This document shows, one piece after another, positions 1 through 8,991 of a stretch of DNA of 64,000 nucleotides. Each line of letters opens with the position of its first letter. The stretch's first letter is position 1. Both the position numbers and the translations under genes were made by a program. Origin of the DNA: Candidatus Eiseniibacteriota bacterium (lineage in GTDB: Bacteria; Eisenbacteria; RBG-16-71-46); assembly GCA_038231135.1 (NCBI GenBank), contig JBBRLX010000010.1:32001-96000 (forward strand). Direction: 5' to 3'. Below the pieces are notes generated by a model that was given only the letters and a program-made list of their open reading frames with translations, was not told where the DNA came from and ran no database searches.

Positions 1-48
1 CGCGTTCCCCGACCCTCGATCCTCCGCCCCGGCCGGCACGCCACCCGG

Positions 49-1149
49 TCAGAGCGGGAACGCGCCCTCGAACTTCGTGCCTTCGCCCATCGCGATCGCG
101 TACTTCATCTGCTCCGCAATATGCGCGGGCATCGTGGCGTAGACGTCGGTGAACAGTGTCTCGAGCGCAGGCGGCGGCAGCGCCTCGGCCTCGCGCACCG
201 CGACGCCGATCTCGTCCTGCAGCTCGGCGGTCCAGCGCTCGGTGTCGGCCGCCTCGATCACGCCGTCGCGCTCGAGCCAGGCGCGCAGCCGGGCGACCGG
301 ATCCTTCTGTTCCCAGGTGCCGACGAGATCCGCGGCGCGGTAGCGCGTGGGATCGTCGCTCGACGAGTGGCCGCCCATGCGGAACGTGACCGCCTCGACC
401 AGCGTGGGCCCGTCGCCGCGGCGCGCGCGCTCCACCGCCTCGCGCGTTGCCGTGATCACCGCCAGCAGGTCGTTGCCGTCGACCTCGATGCCGGGGAACC
501 CGTAGGCCATCGCCTTGATCGCGATGCTGGCGGACGCGGTCTGCTGTGACAGCGGCACCGAGATCGCCCAGTGGTTGTTCTGGCAGAAGAACACGACCGG
601 CAGCTTGTAGACGCCGGCGAAGTTCGCGGCGGCGTGGAAGTCCGCCGACGAGGACGCCCCGTCCCCCATGTATCCCATCATCACTTCGCCGGTGCGCCTG
701 AGCTTCGCGGCCCACGCCGCGCCCATCGCATGCACGAGTTGCGTCCCGATCACGGACGACCACGCCACGCTGCGCACGCGCCGGTCGCTGAAGTGGCAGG
801 GCATCTGGCGCCCGATGAGCACGTCGCCGCTGTTGCCGATCAACTGGCACACCATCTCGCGGATCGTGGTGCCGCGCCAGAGCGACACGCCCATCTCGCG
901 CAGCGCCGGGAACACCCAGTCGGTGTCGCGCAGCGCATACGCCGAGCCCGTCACCGCCGCCTCCTGCCCGGTCGCGGTGCCGTAGAAGCCGATGCGGCCC
1001 TGCCGCTGCAGCGACAGCATGCGCATGTCGAGTACGCGCATGCCGAGCATGTGGCGGTAGAGCCGCCGCAGGTCGTCGGGCGGCACCTCGGGCGGGGTGC
1101 CGGTGAGGTGGCCCTGCGGGTCGAGGATCTGGAGCGGCGTGGCGGTCAT
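49..1149 (-). CDS. pdhA: 2-oxoacid (pyruvate or branched-chain) dehydrogenase E1 alpha subunit
   Basis: QRQGRIGFY, TPP-binding GDGA...FCQNN and phosphorylation-loop-type GGHSSSDDPTRYR motifs. True start ATG (MTATPLQIL) at 1149 overlaps the E2 stop (ATGA). Substrate specificity (pdh vs bkd) not resolved. Confidence 0.88.
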   Translation of the reverse strand: MTATPLQILDPQGHLTGTPPEVPPDDLRRLYRHMLGMRVLDMRMLSLQRQGRIGFYGTATGQEAAVTGSAYALRDTDWVFPALREMGVSLWRGTTIREMVCQLIGNSGDVLIGRQMPCHFSDRRVRSVAWSSVIGTQLVHAMGAAWAAKLRRTGEVMMGYMGDGASSSADFHAAANFAGVYKLPVVFFCQNNHWAISVPLSQQTASASIAIKAMAYGFPGIEVDGNDLLAVITATREAVERARRGDGPTLVEAVTFRMGGHSSSDDPTRYRAADLVGTWEQKDPVARLRAWLERDGVIEAADTERWTAELQDEIGVAVREAEALPPPALETLFTDVYATMPAHIAEQMKYAIAMGEGTKFEGAFPL

Positions 1150-2426
1150 GCGCCCTCCCCGGCCGCGACATCGCGGGCCTCGAGCCACGATTCGGGCGTC
1201 TGCAGCCGCTCGATCAGCGCGTACAGGAAGTCGGCGCCCACGGCGCCGTCGACCACGCGATGATCGAGCGACAGCGACAGGTTGCCGAGGCTGCGGATCA
1301 CGATCTTTCCACCGACCACCGCCGGCCGCGGCTTCACTTCGTGGACCCCGAGGATCGCCACCTGCGGATGGTGGAGGATCGGCGTGGCGAGCACGCCACC
1401 ATGCGCGCCGGTGCTCGTCACCGTGAACGTGCCGCCCTGGAGCTCCTCGACCTTGAGCTTGTGCGCGCGGGCCGCGGTGGCGAGCCGGTCGAGCTCGCGC
1501 GCGATCGCGAACAGGCCCAGGCGGTCGCAGTGGTGGAGGATCGGGACGGTCAGACCATCGTCGGTATTCGTCGCGAGCCCCAGATGGTAGTAGCGCTTGA
1601 TCACGATCTCGTGCGTGTCGTCGTCGAGCACGCTGTTGAGCAGCGGGAACCGGCGCAGCGGCTCGATCAGCGCTCGGAACACGTAAGGCAGGAACGTCGG
1701 CTTGACGCCGGCGGCCGTGGCGCGGTCCCGGACGCGATCGCGATGCTCGAGGATTGGAGTGAAGTCGCACTCGGCGACGAACGTGAACTGCGCCGCCGTC
1801 GACAGCGACCGCCGCATGTGATCCGCGATCCGGCGCCGCAGGCCGCGCAACGGCACGCGCTCCTCGGGACCATCGGCGGGGGCGGCTGCGCCGCGATCGC
1901 CCGCGCCGGCGGTCGCGCCGCTGATCCCCGCGCCGGTAGTCGCGCGCATCACGTCGTCCGCCGTGATCGTGCCGCCGGGACCGGTGCCGCGGATCGACTC
2001 GAGCGCCACGCCCGCCTGCTTCGCGAGAACGCGGACGGCGGGTGTGGCCTGCACGCGCGCGCCGGCGGACGCCGGACCGGCGGTGGCCGCGAGGGTGGCC
2101 GGGACGAGCCCGGCGGCGGAGCCAGCGGCGGCCGCAGCGGCCGCGGGCTCCGCGCCGCGCGCCGCGGGCACCGCACCGACCGGCGCGCCCTCGAGCGCGA
2201 TCGACACGATCACGGTTCCGACCGGCACCATCGCGCCTTCCGCGACGTGGATCGTGGCGATCGTGCCGGTGCGCGGCGACGGAATCTCGACGCTGGCCTT
2301 GTCGGTCATCACCTCGACCAGCGGCTGCTCCTCCGTCACCGCCTGCCCCGCGACGACGAACCACCGCACGATCTCGCCCTCGGCGACGCCTTCGCCGATG
2401 TCGGGGAGCTTCACGTCGTAGTGCAT
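1146..2426 (-). CDS. pdhC: Dihydrolipoamide acyltransferase E2, single lipoyl domain
   Basis: Lipoyl domain EVMTDKA, Ala-rich linker, subunit-binding ATPAVR...GTGPGG, catalytic DHRVVDG. ATG at 2426 with GGAGG upstream. Confidence 0.9.
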   Translation of the reverse strand: MHYDVKLPDIGEGVAEGEIVRWFVVAGQAVTEEQPLVEVMTDKASVEIPSPRTGTIATIHVAEGAMVPVGTVIVSIALEGAPVGAVPAARGAEPAAAAAAAGSAAGLVPATLAATAGPASAGARVQATPAVRVLAKQAGVALESIRGTGPGGTITADDVMRATTGAGISGATAGAGDRGAAAPADGPEERVPLRGLRRRIADHMRRSLSTAAQFTFVAECDFTPILEHRDRVRDRATAAGVKPTFLPYVFRALIEPLRRFPLLNSVLDDDTHEIVIKRYYHLGLATNTDDGLTVPILHHCDRLGLFAIARELDRLATAARAHKLKVEELQGGTFTVTSTGAHGGVLATPILHHPQVAILGVHEVKPRPAVVGGKIVIRSLGNLSLSLDHRVVDGAVGADFLYALIERLQTPESWLEARDVAAGEGA

Positions 2427-2440
2427 CCTGATCCTCCGCC

Positions 2441-3415
2441 TCAGTACGCCATCACGTGCTCCAGCGCGCGCAGCACGCGGGGAGCATCGGGGAGATAGGT
2501 GTGTTCGAGCGTGTAGGGGAACGGCGTATCGTAGCCGGTGACGCGCAGCACCGGCGCCTGCAGCGAGGTCAGCGCGCGCTCGGCGAGGATCGCCGCGAGC
2601 TCGGCGCCGTAGCCGCACGTGCGCGGCGCCTCGTGCAGGATCACGGCACGGCCGGTGCGGGTGACGCTCGCGAGCACGGCATCGACGTCGAGCGGCACCA
2701 GCGTGCGCAGGTCGAGCACCTCGACGGACCACCCGCGCGCCGCGGCCTGGTCCGCCGCTTCCACTGCCACCGGCACCATCGAGCCGTAGGCGAGCACGCT
2801 GCACTGGTCGCCGGCACGCGCGACGCGCGCGCGGGACAGCGGCGTCGTGAAATGGCCCTCGGCCACCTCCTCCTTCGTCGAGCGATACAGCCGCTTGGGC
2901 TCGAGGAAGATCACCGGATCCTCGCCCGCCAGTGCCGCGAGCAGCAGGCCCTTGGCGTCGGACGGCGTCGACGGGATCACCACCGTGAGTCCCGCGGTAT
3001 GGCAGAAGTACGCCTCGGGGCTCTGGGAGTGGTAGAGCCCGCCGCGAATGCCGCCGCCGTAGGGCGCGCGCACGATCACCGGGCACGAGTACTGCCCTCC
3101 CGACCGCCACCTGAGCTTCGCCATCTCGGACACGATCTGGTCGAACGCCGGGTAGATGAAATCGACGAACTGGATCTCGGCGATCGGGCGCATGCCGTGG
3201 ATCGCCATGCCGATCGCGCCGCCGATGATGCCGTTCTCGGCCAGCGGCGTGTCGGTCACGCGGTCCTCGCCGAATTCGGCCTGCAGCCCCTCGGTGACCC
3301 GGAACACGCCGCCGTTGCGGCCGATGTCCTCGCCCAGCAGCACCACGTCGGGATTCGTCCGCAGCGCGATGCGCAACGCATCCTGAATGGCCTGGACCAT
3401 GGTCATCTGCGGCAT
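2441..3415 (-). CDS. pdhB: 2-oxoacid dehydrogenase E1 beta subunit
   Basis: LLGEDIGRNGGVFR, DTPLAE, EIQF, HSQSPE motifs; GGAGG RBS upstream. Confidence 0.9.
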   Translation of the reverse strand: MPQMTMVQAIQDALRIALRTNPDVVLLGEDIGRNGGVFRVTEGLQAEFGEDRVTDTPLAENGIIGGAIGMAIHGMRPIAEIQFVDFIYPAFDQIVSEMAKLRWRSGGQYSCPVIVRAPYGGGIRGGLYHSQSPEAYFCHTAGLTVVIPSTPSDAKGLLLAALAGEDPVIFLEPKRLYRSTKEEVAEGHFTTPLSRARVARAGDQCSVLAYGSMVPVAVEAADQAAARGWSVEVLDLRTLVPLDVDAVLASVTRTGRAVILHEAPRTCGYGAELAAILAERALTSLQAPVLRVTGYDTPFPYTLEHTYLPDAPRVLRALEHVMAY

Positions 3416-3636
3416 CGGGAGTCCTCCGGACGGCGGCGGGAACGGCGCCGGCGGAGGTTAGCCAACGGCCGTGGGATCGGCAACCCGACGCGCGCCGAGT
3501 GTGCCCCCGACGCGGGGCCGGGCGCGGGGCGCCGAACCGGGGCGCGGTGGCGGACGACGCTGGGTGGAACCGCGGGCACTGTCTCCGCGCCGCCCCCGGC
3601 GCGGCCGTCGTGCCGTGATCGGATGCCCGGCCGTCA

Positions 3637-3672
3637 TTAGCTTGGACAAATCAATCAATTAGTCTAGGCTAA
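3637..3672 (+). promoter_or_regulatory. Two tandem MntR/DtxR-type operator boxes overlapping a sigma70-like promoter
   Basis: TTAGCTTGGACAAA (3637-3650) and TTAGTCTAGGCTAA (3659-3672), 22 bp apart, in an AT-rich patch. TTGGAC-N17-TAGGCT ends 6 nt before the ATG at 3677. Confidence 0.7.
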
Positions 3673-3676
3673 CGAA

Positions 3677-4366
3677 ATGCTCGATCTGACGCGTTCGAAA
3701 CAGGACTACCTCAAGGCGCTGTACGTGCTCGGGCCTGGCGGCGAGGGGGTCGCCACGTCGCGGCTCGCGTCGCGGCTCGCGGTGTCGGCGCCGTCGGTGA
3801 CGAACATGCTCGGCCGGCTCGCCGCCGAGCACCTGGTGACGCACACGCCGCGCGCCGGCGCGCGGCTCACCGCGCGCGGGCGGCGGGCCGCAGTCGAGAT
3901 CGTGCGGCGTCATCGCATCCTCGAGACGTTCCTGGTTCGCGTCCTGGGCCTCGACTGGGCCGACGTGCACGCGGACGCGGAGGTGCTGGAGCACCACATC
4001 AGCGAACGCGTGCTCGAGGCGATCGACCGGCTGATGGGCCATCCCGCCGAGGATCCGCATGGTCACGTGATTCCCGACCGCGACGGCCACATCGCCGAGC
4101 GCGCGCTCACGCCGATGGCGGCACTGCCGCGCGGCGTCCGCGCCATCGTGCGGGAGATCGGCGACGCGGATCACGCGCGCATGGCGCGCTGGAAGGAGTG
4201 CGGGCTGGTCCCGGGCGCGGGAGTACGCATGATCGACATTCGTCCGGGCGACGGCGTGTTCGAGATCGAGGTCGCGGGCAGGCGGCTCGTGGTCGGCAGC
4301 GAGGGCGTGGACGGCGTGATGGTCGAGGCGACGGCACCACGGCGTCCGCGACGGAGGTCCGCATGA
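3677..4366 (+). CDS. mntR: DtxR/MntR-family metal-dependent repressor with C-terminal FeoA/SH3-like domain
   Basis: QDYLKALY wHTH, RRHRILETFL, AEVLEH and DPHGHVIP metal-site motifs, FeoA-like GLVPGA tail. Confidence 0.88.
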   Translation: MLDLTRSKQDYLKALYVLGPGGEGVATSRLASRLAVSAPSVTNMLGRLAAEHLVTHTPRAGARLTARGRRAAVEIVRRHRILETFLVRVLGLDWADVHADAEVLEHHISERVLEAIDRLMGHPAEDPHGHVIPDRDGHIAERALTPMAALPRGVRAIVREIGDADHARMARWKECGLVPGAGVRMIDIRPGDGVFEIEVAGRRLVVGSEGVDGVMVEATAPRRPRRRSA

Positions 4367-6462
4367 GCCGCAACGACCGGGCCCCCCGGCGCGCCCCGCA
4401 CGCCGGCGCCGACCCCGGCGCCCCCGTGGGATCGACGGACGCCGTCGACGCCGACGTGACGCACCCGCATGCCCGGTCGCTGCCCGAGGTGCATGCGTCG
4501 GTGACCATCCCCAACGCGGGCGGCTGGTTCCGCCGGCTGTTCGCGTTCGCCGGCCCCGCGTACCTCGTGAGCGTGGGCTACATGGATCCGGGCAACTGGG
4601 CCACCGACCTCGCGGGCGGCGCGCGGTTCGGGTATCAGCTCATGTGGGTGCTGCTCATGAGCAACCTGATGGCGGTGCTGCTGCAGACGCTGTCGGCGCG
4701 GCTCGGCGTCGTGACCGGCAAAGATCTCGCGCAGGCGTGCCGCGACTGGTATCCGCGCCCGCTGGTGTGGCCGCTGTGGATCCTGTGCGAGATCGCGATC
4801 GTCGCGTGTGACCTGGCCGAGGTGCTGGGCGCCGCGATCGGGCTCCAGTTGCTGTTCGGATTGCCGCTGATGGGGGGCGTGTTGATCACGTCGCTCGACG
4901 TGCTGCTGCTGCTCGCGATGTCGCGGCTCGGCATGCGTCGCATGGAGGCCCTGATCGTGACGCTGGTCGTGACGATCGGCGGGTGCTTCGCCACGGAGAT
5001 GCTGCTGTCGCATCCCGACCTGCCCGCTGTGCTGCGCGGCCTCGTGCCCCGCGACGAGACGGGCACGCTGAGCCTCGTGTCGCACAGCGCGCGCCACGGC
5101 TGGCAGGTGCTCGGGCTGCGTCACGAATCGCTGTACGTCGCGATGGGCATCCTCGGCGCCACGGTGATGCCGCACAACCTCTACCTGCACAGTGCGCTCG
5201 TCCAGAGTCGCGCGGTCGGCCGCTCGATCGCCGCGAAGCGCGAAGCCTGCAAGCTCAACCTGATCGATTCCACGATCGCGCTGAACTGCGCGTTCTTCGT
5301 CAACGCCGCGATCCTGGTGCTGGCGGCGGCGGTGTTCCACAACTCGGGCCACCAGGACGTGGCGCGGCTGGAGGACGCCCACCGGCTGCTGGCGCCACTG
5401 GTCGGTACGTCGCTCGCCTCCACGCTGTTCGCGGTGGCGCTGCTTGCGTCGGGGCAGTCGAGCACGATCACCGGCACGCTCGCCGGGCAGATCGTGATGG
5501 AGGGCTTCCTCAAGTGGCGCATCCAGCCGTGGCTGCGGCGGATCATCAGCCGCGGCCTCGCGATCATTCCGGCGGTCGGCTTCATCTGGCTGCGCGGGCC
5601 GCGCGCGGTCGACGACCTGCTCGTGCTGTCGCAGGTGGTGCTCAGCATGCAGCTCGCGTTCGCCGTGATCCCGCTCGTCACGTTCACCAGCGATCGCGCG
5701 AAGATGGGCGAGTTCGTGAACCCGCGGTGGGTGATGGTGGCGGCGACCGCGATCGCGATCACGATCGTGTCGCTGAACGGCAAGCTCGTCCTCGAGGAAC
5801 TGAACGTGTGGATGGCGGCCGCCGGCGACCGCGCACCGCTGCTGTGGATGACCGTGGTGCCGGTGGTGGCGGCGATCGTCCTGTTGCTCGGCTACCTCAC
5901 GGTGTTCCCGCTGCTGTCGCGATTCGCGCCGCGCTGGGCGTGGGCGCCGGGGGAGGGCGATCGGGTAGACGTGCGGCCCGCGACCCCACGGGAACCGCGT
6001 CGCGCCGCCGCGTTACGCGAGACGATCGCCGGGCACCGGCGCATCGCCGTGGCGCTCGAGCTCGGTCCCGCCGACCGTGCGGTGCTCGAGCACCTGCGCC
6101 AGTCGGTCACCCCCGGCGAGACCCAGCTCGTGCTGCTGCACGTGGCCGAAAGCGCGGCGAGCCGCTACCTGGGCCAGGAGGCCTCGGACCAGGAGGCGCG
6201 CGAGGACCTGTCCACGCTGGAGTCGATCGCCGAGACCCTGCGCGCGCTGGGGATCCCGGTGACCACGGCACTCGGGTTCGGCGACGTGAAGAACGAACTG
6301 GCGCGGCTGGTGCGCGAACAGGACGCTGATCTGCTCGTGGCCGGCTCGCACGGCCACCGGCTATTCCAGGACTTGATCCATGGGGCCACCACGTCCGGGC
6401 TGCGGCATCGCGTCCAGTGCCCGGTACTGATCGGTCCCGGCGGGCGGCGGCCACCGCGATGA
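4363..6462 (+). CDS. mntH: Nramp divalent metal (Mn2+) transporter fused to a C-terminal universal stress protein domain
   Basis: YMDPGNW and VMPHNLYLHS Nramp signatures; C-terminal LLHVAE...ADLLVAGSHGH...HGAT...CPVLI USP pattern. ATGA overlap with mntR. Confidence 0.9.
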   Translation: MSRNDRAPRRAPHAGADPGAPVGSTDAVDADVTHPHARSLPEVHASVTIPNAGGWFRRLFAFAGPAYLVSVGYMDPGNWATDLAGGARFGYQLMWVLLMSNLMAVLLQTLSARLGVVTGKDLAQACRDWYPRPLVWPLWILCEIAIVACDLAEVLGAAIGLQLLFGLPLMGGVLITSLDVLLLLAMSRLGMRRMEALIVTLVVTIGGCFATEMLLSHPDLPAVLRGLVPRDETGTLSLVSHSARHGWQVLGLRHESLYVAMGILGATVMPHNLYLHSALVQSRAVGRSIAAKREACKLNLIDSTIALNCAFFVNAAILVLAAAVFHNSGHQDVARLEDAHRLLAPLVGTSLASTLFAVALLASGQSSTITGTLAGQIVMEGFLKWRIQPWLRRIISRGLAIIPAVGFIWLRGPRAVDDLLVLSQVVLSMQLAFAVIPLVTFTSDRAKMGEFVNPRWVMVAATAIAITIVSLNGKLVLEELNVWMAAAGDRAPLLWMTVVPVVAAIVLLLGYLTVFPLLSRFAPRWAWAPGEGDRVDVRPATPREPRRAAALRETIAGHRRIAVALELGPADRAVLEHLRQSVTPGETQLVLLHVAESAASRYLGQEASDQEAREDLSTLESIAETLRALGIPVTTALGFGDVKNELARLVREQDADLLVAGSHGHRLFQDLIHGATTSGLRHRVQCPVLIGPGGRRPPR

Positions 6463-6659
6463 CCCGGGCCCGCGGCAGCCACGGCAGGACCATGGCCGCG
6501 GCCCCGCCGGGCCGCATACGGAGCCGGCGCCGGCCATGCGCAACGACCGCGCCACGGACCCCGCCCCGCCGCCTCGTTGGCGGCCTGGATGATTCCGGGC
6601 CGGGACGGCCCTCCAGTGCGAACTGGCGAATCACGCCCGACCGGTCCTAGAATATCCGC

Positions 6660-7142
6660 ATGAGCCATAGCCTGTTTCACGGAAGTCTGAAGGCCTCGGT
6701 CGTCGACGTGGTCGATGCCGGCGTCGACCTGCTGCCGCACTTCGAGCTGGCGTGCATCCCGCTGATGGACGCCATCGAGCAGCCTGCCGAATGGCCGCAG
6801 ATCCGCCGCCGGCTGCGCGCCGAGGGCGTGCGCTACAAGACGAATCGCGGCGCGATCCTGCTCGCCGCGGGCGAGCTCGATCACGTGTCGTCGGTGGGAA
6901 TGTTCCAGGGCAACGACGAGATCTACCTGTGCTCCGAATGGAACGACGAGTTCGAACCGTTCCCCGGCCGCATCGGCAGCGAATACGATTTCGCGATCAC
7001 CACCCCGCTCGGGCTCGAGGAATGGATGGTCGATGTCGGCTGCCTGCTTGCGCTCGGCGACGGCGCGGCCCTCAACTACGCGACGCTCGACGCCGAACTC
7101 GAGCGACGGTTGCGCGAGCGGTTCGCGACCGTGAAGGCGTGA
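6660..7142 (+). CDS. Hypothetical protein (160 aa)
   Basis: Natural amino acid composition, TAGAAT 6 nt before the ATG, GTGA coupling to the next gene; no recognised family. Confidence 0.7.
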   Translation: MSHSLFHGSLKASVVDVVDAGVDLLPHFELACIPLMDAIEQPAEWPQIRRRLRAEGVRYKTNRGAILLAAGELDHVSSVGMFQGNDEIYLCSEWNDEFEPFPGRIGSEYDFAITTPLGLEEWMVDVGCLLALGDGAALNYATLDAELERRLRERFATVKA

Positions 7143-7801
7143 GCGGCCCCGACTCCGGTGCCTCGAGAATCGTTCCGGTCACGATCGCGGGTCCCGCCGG
7201 CGAGCTGGAAGGCCTGGTCAACGAGCACAGCGGTCAAGACGCGCGGCTCGCGGTGCTGGTGTGCCACCCCCATCCGCTCTATGGCGGCACGCTCCACAAC
7301 AAGGTCGTCCATCGAGCGGCGGCGACGTTCCATGAACTGGGCGCCGCCGTGCTGCGGTTCAATTTCCGCGGCGTGGGCAGGAGCGCGGGCACGTTCGACG
7401 ACGGCGAGGGCGAGCTCGAGGACGCCCGCGCCGCATTCTCATGGCTCGAGCGGCGCCACCCTCACGCGCGCACCTGGCTGTGCGGGTTCTCCTTCGGCGC
7501 CTGGGTCGCCGCGCGCCTCGGCGCCGCGGACGCCGCCGTGGAGCGCGTGGTGCTGCTCGCGCCGCCGGTGACGCGCCCGGGGTTCGACGGCCTGCGTACG
7601 GCGCACGTGCCCAAGCTGGCCGTGCAGGGCACCGCCGATACCGTGTGTCCGCCGGCTGACCTCGAACGCGAGTTTCCCACATGGGCCGAGCCCAAACGGC
7701 TCGTGTGGGTGGAGGGCGCGAGCCACTTCTTCGACCGCCAGCTCGGGGACCTGGCCGCCGCGCTCACGACCGAGCTGGCGCCGTTCGCGCCGCCCCGCTA
7801 A
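7139..7801 (+). CDS. Alpha/beta hydrolase (HPHP-type)
   Basis: CHPHPLYGGT, RFNFRGVGRS, nucleophile GFSFG, Asp in GTADTV and His in ASHFF. Confidence 0.85.
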   Translation: MSGPDSGASRIVPVTIAGPAGELEGLVNEHSGQDARLAVLVCHPHPLYGGTLHNKVVHRAAATFHELGAAVLRFNFRGVGRSAGTFDDGEGELEDARAAFSWLERRHPHARTWLCGFSFGAWVAARLGAADAAVERVVLLAPPVTRPGFDGLRTAHVPKLAVQGTADTVCPPADLEREFPTWAEPKRLVWVEGASHFFDRQLGDLAAALTTELAPFAPPR

Positions 7802-8724
7802 CCCTCGGCGTGCAGGCCGCCGCCTTCGGCCGGCCGGCCCCGCTCGCTCTCGACGCCGGGCTCGACGTGCACGATCACATCCGTCACCCCCGGCCAGCGC
7901 TCGCGCAGCCGCGCCTCGACACGGTGCCCGATGCGGTGCGCGCGGGCGATCGGCATGCCGGGATCGACGAGGATGTGCAGGTCGAGATGAATGTCGTCGT
8001 CCGGGCCGCGCGATCGCACGTTGTGCGCCTCGAGCACGTTCGGCTCGGCGAGCGCCTCCGCCTCCACGAGCCGGGGGTCGATCCGGCGCTCGTCAGACAG
8101 CGTCGACAGCGTCGACTTGAGGATCGCGAATCCGGCGGGCAGGATCAGCACCACGATCAGCACGGCCGCCACGTGGTCCGCCCACGCCACGCCCATGCGC
8201 GTCGCCGCGAAGCTGATGATCACCAGCACGCTCGCGAACAGGTCGCTGCCGGTGTGCGCGGCATCCGACCGCAGCAGCTCGCTGTCGAGCCGCTTCGCCT
8301 CGCGGCGCTCCAGCGTCATCGTGAACAGATTCACGAGCAGGGTGATGCCCAGCACGATGAACCCCGCGGGCGTCACGTTCGCGAGCTGCGGGTGCCGCCA
8401 GCGATCGAGCGCCACCCCGAGGATGCTGATGCAGCCGAGAAACATCATCGCGACGATGCCGATCGCGGCGAACGTCTCGTACTTGCGGTGCCCGTAGGGG
8501 TGATTGGCGTCGGGGGGGCGCCGCGCCAGGATCACGCCGACCATCGCGATCGCGTTCGAGGACGCGTCGAGCAGTGAATGGAAGCCGTCGGCGGTGATCG
8601 CGATCGCGCCGCTCAGGTGGCCATACACGATCTTCGCGATCGCGACCGCCAGGTTGAGCCCGAGCACGATGCCGAGCACCGTGGCGATGGCATCGCGCCG
8701 CCGGGGAGCGCTGAGCTTCGTCAT
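7798..8724 (-). CDS. Cation diffusion facilitator (CDF) family transporter
   Basis: ADGFHSLLD, HPYGHRKYE, SDAAHTGSD metal motifs and C-terminal dimerisation domain ending IVHVEP. Confidence 0.9.
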   Translation of the reverse strand: MTKLSAPRRRDAIATVLGIVLGLNLAVAIAKIVYGHLSGAIAITADGFHSLLDASSNAIAMVGVILARRPPDANHPYGHRKYETFAAIGIVAMMFLGCISILGVALDRWRHPQLANVTPAGFIVLGITLLVNLFTMTLERREAKRLDSELLRSDAAHTGSDLFASVLVIISFAATRMGVAWADHVAAVLIVVLILPAGFAILKSTLSTLSDERRIDPRLVEAEALAEPNVLEAHNVRSRGPDDDIHLDLHILVDPGMPIARAHRIGHRVEARLRERWPGVTDVIVHVEPGVESERGRPAEGGGLHAEG

Positions 8725-8897
8725 GTGAGGATCGACTCTCTCCAGATGGGACTTCGGCAATCGTGCTCCAGATCCTAGCCGATTCCCGCCGCCCGCGAGG
8801 GATCCGAACGTGTAAGCCCTACAGAGCGCACGGCCGTTGCACCGCGGGGACGGCGCGATTGCGCTGCCGCGCAGCATGCCATGGGAGATCCCAGGTG

Positions 8898-8913
8898 CGG
8901 CATGGAACCTGCA
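8898..8913 (+). promoter_or_regulatory. Candidate sigma54 (-24/-12) promoter of the Gfo/Idh/MocA gene
   Basis: CGGCATGGAACCTGCA has GG-N10-GC spacing and resembles TGGCACG-N4-TTGC; about 80 nt upstream of the ATG. Confidence 0.4.
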
Positions 8914-8991
8914 CGGACCATGGCGGGTTATCTCGTCGTGGGTTCCCCGGGGGCGCGCGACGCAGTCCGTTCCAATGTGCAGGAGGATGTC

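Noticed and set aside
49..2364. Apparent 771-aa E1alpha with a long N-terminal extension
   Set aside because: The extension is an alternate frame over the E2 gene; the real start is the ATG at 1149.
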